NCBI GenBank assembly: GCA_035496795.1
Contig: DATJEJ010000022.1
Location: 1-32,449, forward strand
Length of the DNA stretch: 32,449 nt
Direction of reading: 5' to 3'
DNA from: Candidatus Omnitrophota bacterium
GTDB taxonomy: Bacteria; Eisenbacteria; RBG-16-71-46; SZUA-252
Shown: piece by piece, positions 26,327 through 32,449 of the stretch
How positions within the stretch are numbered: the first letter of the stretch is position 1
Layout of the letters: each line of letters opens with the position of its first letter
The notes under the pieces: model-generated
Seen by the model: only the letters and a program-made list of their open reading frames with translations
Told to the model about the DNA's origin: nothing
Database searches by the model: none
Program-made: the position numbers and the translations under genes

Positions 26327-27108
26327 CGCGAACGAGAACCGTTCGTCAGCAGCAGGACGCAGTCGCCGGCGAGCGCGACCGAAGCGAGCGCCTCGGGCGT
26401 GACCGGCTCCCCCGCTTCGTTTCGCCACGAGGGATAGACGCGAAGGGGGTCCAGCACTTCCGCCAGGCGCTCCTTCCGCTCGCGCTCCGGAAGGCGTCCG
26501 GCGTGCAGCGAAAGATGGAGCGCGGGGCGCTCCGCTTCCAGCTGGGCGCGCATCGCCGGGAGCAGCTCGAACTCGCCACCCTCGATGTCCATCTTGATGC
26601 AGTCGATCCGGCCGGGCTTCGCGATCTCCAGCCAATCGCGCCACGCGATCGACAACACCGGCATCGAGGGCTGGTCCGCCGCCGCGAGCAGGGACGATTG
26701 GCTCGTGCCCAGGCGACCGCCGGCCCCGTAGAGGCGCCGCATGCCGGTCTCGGCGCCGAGGGCGGCATTCATCGGCACGACGTTGGCCAGCGCGTTCAGA
26801 CGAAGGTTCCAGAGAAAATAGCGGTAGGCATCGTGGTCGGGCTCGAAGCCGTAGACGAGGCGGGAGCGGCGCGCCGCGAAGAGCGTCGTCGGCCCGATCC
26901 ACGCGCCGACGTCGGCGAACACGGAATCGGGGCCCAGGGACCGCTCGAGAAAACGGAACGTGGCCGGCTCCCAGCGGCCGCGGCTCACGTCGCGCCAGAA
27001 GCCGATGTGGTCCGGGTCGGTGCGGAACCGCTCGCCGCCGATACGCGCCGGGTGATACCCGCGCACCCGATGGAGGAGCCGCGCGGTCCCGCGAATCAGC
27101 CGCCGCAC
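26323..27108 (-). CDS. FkbM-family methyltransferase
   Basis: GTG 27108. FADVGAWIGPTTLFAA, NAALGAETG, IDCIKMDIEGGEFELLP. Confidence 0.85.
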   Translation of the reverse strand: MRRLIRGTARLLHRVRGYHPARIGGERFRTDPDHIGFWRDVSRGRWEPATFRFLERSLGPDSVFADVGAWIGPTTLFAARRSRLVYGFEPDHDAYRYFLWNLRLNALANVVPMNAALGAETGMRRLYGAGGRLGTSQSSLLAAADQPSMPVLSIAWRDWLEIAKPGRIDCIKMDIEGGEFELLPAMRAQLEAERPALHLSLHAGRLPERERKERLAEVLDPLRVYPSWRNEAGEPVTPEALASVALAGDCVLLLTNGSRSR

Positions 27109-27109
27109 G

Positions 27110-28186
27110 TCATCCCGCGGCGCGCCGTTCCAGGAGCAGCGCCGCCGCGGCGCTTCCCAGGAGACCGATCAGGAACCCGGCCATGACGATGACCGACCGC
27201 CTGGGGCGCGACTTGTGGAGCGGCGGCTCGGCGCGGTCCAGCACCTGCACGGTGGGCGTGTCGCGCGTCTCGCGGATGCGCGCCTCCTCCAGCTGGGAGG
27301 TCAACAGCTCGAAGACCTGCTCCTGCACCTTGACGTCCCGGTAGAGGCGCGCGACGTCGAGGCCCGCGGCGGGAAGCGTCCCCACCTGGCGGTCGACGGC
27401 GGCCAGCTCTTCGCGCACCCGCCGGACCTCTTCGCTGTTCTCGGCCAGCGACTGGCGCAATACCTGGAGCTTCACCTCGAGCGCGGTCCGCTGCGCCATG
27501 AGCTGCGCCCCCATCTCGGCGTCGCTCCGATCGGTCGGAGAGAGCGAGGGGAGCCGCTTCCTCTGCTGATAGTCGCGAAGCAGGTCCTCGGCGGCCCCGA
27601 GGTCGCGCTTCGCCACCTCCAGCCGCTGCTCGATGAAGGCGCGGGTCCGCGTGGCGCTGGTGGTGCGCGTCTCCTTGTTGAAGCGGTCAAGCTCCTCGAT
27701 GTAGGCGTTGGCCATGGCGGCGGCCGTCTTGGGATCGCGGTCCTCGGCGAGAATCGCGATCGTCCCCTCGTCCCCGACGCGGAACGTGACGTGCCCCTCC
27801 AGCTCCTTCACCGCCTTCTCGGCGTCCGGGACCTCGTAGCGATGAACGAGGTCGAAGCGGCGCACGATCCGGTCGGCGACGGTGCGGCTCTTCAGCACCG
27901 CGACGAACACGTCGGCCAGCGTGGGCGCGCCCGGCATGCGCAGGCTTCCGAGGCCCCGCGGCATGAGCTGCGAGACGACGCTCGATCCGAGGTCGTCCTC
28001 CGTGGGCGGCAGGAGCACCGCGCGCCCCGTGTACCACTTGGGGAGGAGCAGCGCGATCACCAGGGCGACCATCGTCGTCGCCGCCACGTTCAGCGCGAGA
28101 AAGCGGCGCCTGCGGCGGAGGATGCCCAGCAGGTCCCCTATCGACGGGTTCGGGGACTCGCGGAACGCGGGGTCGATCGCCTTCAC
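27110..28186 (-). CDS. Polysaccharide co-polymerase / chain-length determinant (Wzz/GumC-like PCP) without a tyrosine-kinase domain
   Basis: GTG 28186 overlaps the Wza stop (GTGA). Wzz N-terminus LGILRRRRRFLALNVAATTMVALVIALLLPKWYTGRAVLLPP, a long coiled-coil region, a Pro-rich segment (AEPPLHKSRPRRS) before the second TM. No Walker A after it. Confidence 0.8.
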   Translation of the reverse strand: MKAIDPAFRESPNPSIGDLLGILRRRRRFLALNVAATTMVALVIALLLPKWYTGRAVLLPPTEDDLGSSVVSQLMPRGLGSLRMPGAPTLADVFVAVLKSRTVADRIVRRFDLVHRYEVPDAEKAVKELEGHVTFRVGDEGTIAILAEDRDPKTAAAMANAYIEELDRFNKETRTTSATRTRAFIEQRLEVAKRDLGAAEDLLRDYQQRKRLPSLSPTDRSDAEMGAQLMAQRTALEVKLQVLRQSLAENSEEVRRVREELAAVDRQVGTLPAAGLDVARLYRDVKVQEQVFELLTSQLEEARIRETRDTPTVQVLDRAEPPLHKSRPRRSVIVMAGFLIGLLGSAAAALLLERRAAG

Positions 28187-29841
28187 TTCGTGGCCTCGCG
28201 AACGACCAGGTAGATGGTGGCCACCTGGGCCGCCGTGGTCAGCACGTCGCGGACGCTGGCCCACGTGCTCCGCTCCGGCTTGGCCGGGACCCAGATGGCG
28301 TCGCCGGGCCGGAGCTCCCCCGCCTCGGAGAGGCTCACCATGCCCCCCGTGGCCGCGCGCGTCACGCGGATGTGTCCCTTCCGCGCGCGGGAGGTGAAGC
28401 CGCCCGCGTCCTTCACGTAATCGCCGGCGTCCCGCCCGGGGAGGTACGGCACGTAGCCGGGGGCGCGCACCTCCCCCTGCACCGAGACGAGCGCCACGCG
28501 GCGCGGAACCACGATGCGGTCGCCGTCGTGCAGGGTCACGTCGCCGCGCGGGTCGCCCCGGGCGAGGAACGCCCCCACGTTCGCCGACACGGCGCGGCGC
28601 TCGCGCGCGCTGCTCACCACGAAGTCGCGGTCGGCCGGCGTGAGGAAGTCGGGATTCCGCGCCGCAAGCGACTGGAAGGCGGAGTCGCCCGGGGCATCGT
28701 CGGGACGCTCCACGCGCGTCGCCGCGCTGTCGGCCTCGGGCGTGAAACCGCCGGCCTCATCGAGGACCGCGCGAAGGCGGTCCACGCCGGCGCGGATCGG
28801 ATAAGGGCCCGGCCGGGCCACTTCGCCGGCCACGAGCACGGCGTCCCCTTTCATCCAGCGGACGCGCGAGGGAACGTAGAGGCGGTCCCCTTCCTGAATG
28901 GGGAGATCGGTCGCGCCGCCGGGCGAGGCGGTCGCCTGATCGAGAGGCGCGGGCGTGCGCTCGGAGCGACCCTCGGCGTCGAAACGGTCCAGCACGGCGT
29001 CGCCGAGCGCCGCCTCGGGAAGCGGGCCGCCCGCGAGGGCGAGGATCGCGCTCAAACGGTCGCCGGGAACGAAGTCGTAGCGGCCCGGGTGCGCCACCGA
29101 TCCCCAGACCTCCACGTGGCGTCCGGCGGGAGGCACGAAGAGAACGTCGCTCTCGAAGACGAGCGGGTCGGCCGCCAGCGCGCCGGCCCGCGAGGCGAGG
29201 ACCAGATCCACCGGGATCGTCTCGGCGCCCCGGCGCACCTGGATCCCACGCCGAGCCCCGGCTCCGGTGATCCCTCCCGCCGCCTCGATCGCCTCCGACG
29301 CGCGCACCGGCGCCTGCAGCGTGACGGTGCCGGGCCGCACGACCTCTCCGGTCACGTACATGCGGAAGCGCCTGGGGCGGTACAGGGAAAAGCTGAATCC
29401 CTTCCCGCGCACGTAGGGACGCATCCGGTCCCGAACCCGCGCTTCCAGCTCCTCCAGCGTGAGCCCCGCCACCTGCAGGGAGCCCACGTCGGGAAGAACG
29501 AGGTCGCCCGCGGGGCCGACCCGAACGATCCGAGGCTCGAGCAGATCCGAGTAGCGGAGCGCGAACTCGTCCCCCGGGCCGACGCGGTACGTGGCCGGGT
29601 CGACGCGCCCCGCGATGGGTGGCATGATGTCGGACGTGGGGAGCGCCTGCGGGGCATCCGACGGCACGCTCCGGGACCCGGATTGCCCGAAGGCGCCGGG
29701 CACGAAGGCCCCGGCGCAGCCGGCCAGGAGAAGCGCGGCCGGCGCCCAGTGGAACCGGCGCCTGCAACGTACGTTCGAAACGCGGCGTGGGATCAAGTCG
29801 ACAATCATGCCATGGGCCGTGGACAGGTCCAAGCGCCTCAT
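28183..29841 (-). CDS. wza: Outer-membrane polysaccharide export protein (Wza-like: Poly_export + repeated SLBB domains), probable lipoprotein
   Basis: Lipobox-like LLLAGCAG. Poly_export motif YRVGPGDEFALRY...VGPAGDLVLPDVGSLQVAGLTLEELEARVRDRM. Repeated ...GDRLYVP / GDRIVVP / GDAIWVP units. Hydrophobic C-terminal helix VLTTAAQVATIYLVV. Start ATG 29841 (alternative 29808). Confidence 0.85.
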   Translation of the reverse strand: MRRLDLSTAHGMIVDLIPRRVSNVRCRRRFHWAPAALLLAGCAGAFVPGAFGQSGSRSVPSDAPQALPTSDIMPPIAGRVDPATYRVGPGDEFALRYSDLLEPRIVRVGPAGDLVLPDVGSLQVAGLTLEELEARVRDRMRPYVRGKGFSFSLYRPRRFRMYVTGEVVRPGTVTLQAPVRASEAIEAAGGITGAGARRGIQVRRGAETIPVDLVLASRAGALAADPLVFESDVLFVPPAGRHVEVWGSVAHPGRYDFVPGDRLSAILALAGGPLPEAALGDAVLDRFDAEGRSERTPAPLDQATASPGGATDLPIQEGDRLYVPSRVRWMKGDAVLVAGEVARPGPYPIRAGVDRLRAVLDEAGGFTPEADSAATRVERPDDAPGDSAFQSLAARNPDFLTPADRDFVVSSARERRAVSANVGAFLARGDPRGDVTLHDGDRIVVPRRVALVSVQGEVRAPGYVPYLPGRDAGDYVKDAGGFTSRARKGHIRVTRAATGGMVSLSEAGELRPGDAIWVPAKPERSTWASVRDVLTTAAQVATIYLVVREATK

Positions 29842-29879
29842 TGTTCCGTCGCCAGGGACCGCAGGAGCCGATCGTTGCG

Positions 29880-30653
29880 ATGAAGAAGAAGAGCGAAGCC
29901 GGCTACAACGAGCGCCTCTTCTCCGGCGATCTCCGCGGACAGCTCCATCGGTCGCGGTTTCGATGGCTGCACGAGAGCGCGCGGAGGGTGAGCGCCCCGT
30001 GCCGGCACGTCCTGGAGCTCGGATGCTTCGACGGCCGCTCCATCGCCCATCTCCCCCAGCGGCCAACGACCTACCTGGGGCTGGACGCGAACTGGGAAGG
30101 AGGGGTCGACCTCGGCCGTTCGCGCTGGAGGGACGACCCGGGCGTGCGCTTCGAGATCTGCTCCACCCCGCTCGAGCTGCGCGCGTTCGTCGCGGGGCAG
30201 CGCTTCGACACGACCCTCTGCCTGGAGACCCTGGAACACGTCGCGCCGGATCTCCTGGATTCCTACGTCGAGGAGATGGCCAAGGTCACCACCGGCTACT
30301 TCATCGCGACCGTTCCCAACGAGAAGGGGCCGGTCTTCCTGGCCAAGTACGCCATGAAACGGCTGTTCGGGGACTATTTCCACTACAGCCCGTCGGAGGT
30401 GCTGGCGGCCTTCCTGGGACGGATGGACCGGGTCCGGCGGGACGATCACAAGGGATTCGATTACGAGACCGTCGTCCGGCTCATCGGGAAGCATTTCGAT
30501 CTCGTCGAGGTCTCGCCGTATCCCTTCCGGCGCCTTCCCAAGTGGACCGGTTTCGGAATCGGCATCGTGGGCAGGGCCCGCGCCGTATCGCCTGCGGAGG
30601 CATCATCGGCCCCTGCCGCGCTCACTCCGGAGACGGGCGCTCCCGCTCGCTGA
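29880..30653 (+). CDS. Class I SAM-dependent methyltransferase
   Basis: ATG 29880 (MKKKSEAGYNE). Motif I VLELGCFDGRS, and CLETLEHV. The 288-aa track ORF was trimmed. Confidence 0.7.
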   Translation: MKKKSEAGYNERLFSGDLRGQLHRSRFRWLHESARRVSAPCRHVLELGCFDGRSIAHLPQRPTTYLGLDANWEGGVDLGRSRWRDDPGVRFEICSTPLELRAFVAGQRFDTTLCLETLEHVAPDLLDSYVEEMAKVTTGYFIATVPNEKGPVFLAKYAMKRLFGDYFHYSPSEVLAAFLGRMDRVRRDDHKGFDYETVVRLIGKHFDLVEVSPYPFRRLPKWTGFGIGIVGRARAVSPAEASSAPAALTPETGAPAR

Positions 30654-32130
30654 TCGCCAGCCGCCGGCGCGCCACGTCCAGCAGCGCCAGCCACTCCCGC
30701 CGCCGCACCACGATCGCCGCCCATACGACGAGGGCCAGCCCTCCCAGCCCGACGCCGACCAGGTTCTTGGGCGTCCAGGCGATAAGCCCCAGCAGGAGCG
30801 CCAACGAGGCGCCGAGCAACCGGCGGTTGTCGGGACCCAGCTTGAACCCCGTCGAGCGCCGCGCGAGCCAGTAGTGGAGCCCGGCGTGGGTCATGTGCGC
30901 CAGCACGTAGCCGATCACCACGCTCTTCAGCCCCACGCGGTCCACCAGGAGCACGAACGCCACGAGCAGCGTCACCCCGTAGATCACGTCGAACAGCACC
31001 CAGGGGCGGAGCCGGTTCCGCGGCACCAGCCAGATGCCGAACATCCAGGCCGCGGCGCGGAAGTAGTCCCCCAGGAACTGGATCGGCAACAGGTCCAGCG
31101 CGGGGAGGAAGCGGCCGCTGTAGAAGAGCGGGACCCAGATCGGCGCGCCGACCAGGATGGCCGCGCAGAATCCGGTGGTGAGGAGGAACGCGAGCCGCAC
31201 GCCGCTCCGCATCACCGGCGGAACGTCGGCGTCGTTCGGCAGCGCCGCGATCTCGGGCCACACGTTGGCCGTGATCGCGTTCAGGATCGTGGGCATGAGG
31301 AGCCCCGACACGCCGACGCAGACCTGGTAGATGCCGTTCGCCGGCAGCCCCAGCTTGTCCACCAGCATGGAGCGCAGCACGAGGAGCGTGAGGGTCGAGG
31401 AGAGGCCGACGAGGAGCGAGGAGATGCCGTAGCGGAGGAGGGGGCGCAGGAGCGGCTTCGCCGTCGCCGCGGCGGGCCCGGTTCCCGCGCCCGGACCGGG
31501 CGGGCTCGGCGCCCGGGGCGCGCGCGGGGTATGGGGCGCGAGCAGCCGCCCGCTCCACCACGCCCAGATCGCCGTGATCACCACGAGCTGCGCCACCGCG
31601 CCCGGCACGCCCCACAGGAACGCGAGCGGGACGATCGTGGCGATCTGCGCCACGGCGATCGCCACGTTGAGCCCCGCCATGGAGCGGACGGCCTGGTGCC
31701 CCTGCAGCATCGAGATGTTCACCGAGGCCACGGCCGAGAGCGGCACGGAGGCCGCGCCGAGGAGGATCGCCCACGTGAACGCCGAATCGCGATAGATCCC
31801 CGCGGCGAGCCAGGGAGATGCGAGCGCGGCCAGGAGGGCCAGCCCCCCTCCGACCCCCCAGGCGAGCCGGGATCCCAGGCGCGTCAGGGCGTGCACGCGC
31901 GCGAAGTCGTTCGCGGCGCGCGCCTCGGCGATCATGGCCACGAGCCCGTTTCCGATCCCGAGCGTGGCGAGCGGGACCAGGACCGCGGTCAGGGAGGCGA
32001 GCTGGGCGAGGACGCCGGTCCCCTCGGGGCCGAGCCGCGCGGCGAGGATCTTCGCGCGCACGATCGCCGCGACGACGGTCGCGACGGAGCCGAGTCCGAG
32101 GATCGCGGTGGAGCGGACGAGCCGGCGCAC
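30622..32130 (-). CDS. wzx: Wzx-like flippase / polysaccharide biosynthesis protein (MOP superfamily)
   Basis: GTG 32130 preceded by AAGGGAG. 502 aa with many TM helices. N-terminus STAILGLGSVATVVAAIVRAKILAARLGPEGTGVLAQLASL. Confidence 0.8.
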   Translation of the reverse strand: MRRLVRSTAILGLGSVATVVAAIVRAKILAARLGPEGTGVLAQLASLTAVLVPLATLGIGNGLVAMIAEARAANDFARVHALTRLGSRLAWGVGGGLALLAALASPWLAAGIYRDSAFTWAILLGAASVPLSAVASVNISMLQGHQAVRSMAGLNVAIAVAQIATIVPLAFLWGVPGAVAQLVVITAIWAWWSGRLLAPHTPRAPRAPSPPGPGAGTGPAAATAKPLLRPLLRYGISSLLVGLSSTLTLLVLRSMLVDKLGLPANGIYQVCVGVSGLLMPTILNAITANVWPEIAALPNDADVPPVMRSGVRLAFLLTTGFCAAILVGAPIWVPLFYSGRFLPALDLLPIQFLGDYFRAAAWMFGIWLVPRNRLRPWVLFDVIYGVTLLVAFVLLVDRVGLKSVVIGYVLAHMTHAGLHYWLARRSTGFKLGPDNRRLLGASLALLLGLIAWTPKNLVGVGLGGLALVVWAAIVVRRREWLALLDVARRRLAISERERPSPE

Positions 32131-32142
32131 GGCTCCCTTTGG

Positions 32143-32449
32143 CTAGCGGGACCCGTAGGTCCGTTCGTAGTACTGCCGGAACGCGCCCGAGCGGATCGCT
32201 TCCCACCACGGGCGGTTCGCCACGTACCAGTCGATCGTCGCCTCGATCCCGCGCGCGAACTCGACCTGAGGACGGAAGCCGGTCTTCGCCTCGAGGTGGG
32301 ACGCGTCGATCGCATACCGCCGGTCGTGCGCCGGACGGTCGGTCACGTGCTGGAGGAGGCTCGCGGGCTTCTTCAGGCGCTCGAGGAGGAGGGCCGCGAT
32401 CTCGAGCACGGAGCGCTCGTTTCCTCCCGCGATGTTGAAGGTCTCCCCT
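32143..32449 (-). CDS. rfbB: dTDP-glucose 4,6-dehydratase, 3' part only (the gene continues beyond the window end)
   Basis: The frame is open to base 32449. GETFNIAGGNERSVLEI...VTDRPAHDRRYAIDASHLEAKTGFRP...GIEATIDWYVANRPWWE is the canonical RfbB C-terminus. Confidence 0.9.
   Translation of the reverse strand, partial: GETFNIAGGNERSVLEIAALLLERLKKPASLLQHVTDRPAHDRRYAIDASHLEAKTGFRPQVEFARGIEATIDWYVANRPWWEAIRSGAFRQYYERTYGSR

Overview
High-GC (roughly 70% by eye) bacterial DNA that is almost entirely coding. I call 30 CDS. I saw no rRNA, tRNA, CRISPR array, transposase, integrase or phage gene. All product calls come from reading motifs in the supplied translations. No database or HMM search was run.

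The window falls into three blocks.

(1) 8-2392 (+): a three-gene two-component module. It comprises a soluble PAS histidine kinase, a stand-alone receiver, and a receiver fused to a DHp/H-box domain with no ATPase domain.

(2) 2371-8831 (-): six tightly packed genes behind a near-consensus sigma70-type promoter. They encode a GAF/sigma54-dependent activator, a SAM methyltransferase coupled to it by a GTGA start/stop overlap, and four membrane proteins. One of the four has a signal peptide and an FN3-like domain. None of the four carries a family signature I recognise. This block is my best candidate for an undescribed system.

(3) 8918-32449: a ~23.5 kb Wzx/Wzy-type polysaccharide locus in alternating operons.
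- Two initiating phosphotransferases (one WecA/MraY-type, one WbaP-type).
- Two Wzx-like flippases and two Wzy_C (polymerase/ligase-like) proteins.
- Wza and a kinase-less Wzz/PCP.
- Five GT4 or GT-B glycosyltransferases, two GT2 and one GT9.
- Three methyltransferases.
- GDP-fucose synthase and the 3' end of dTDP-glucose 4,6-dehydratase.

Sequence-level oddities:
- One Wzy-like gene has clearly lower GC than its flanks.
- 4-nt GTGA/ATGA start/stop overlaps recur.
- Convergent genes overlap with no terminators.
- Promoter-like boxes lie only 8-11 nt from several start codons, which may mean leaderless mRNAs.
- One imperfect sigma54-type -24/-12 candidate lies upstream of fcl.

The many long Arg/Gly/Pro-rich ORFs in the track are shadow ORFs and were rejected.
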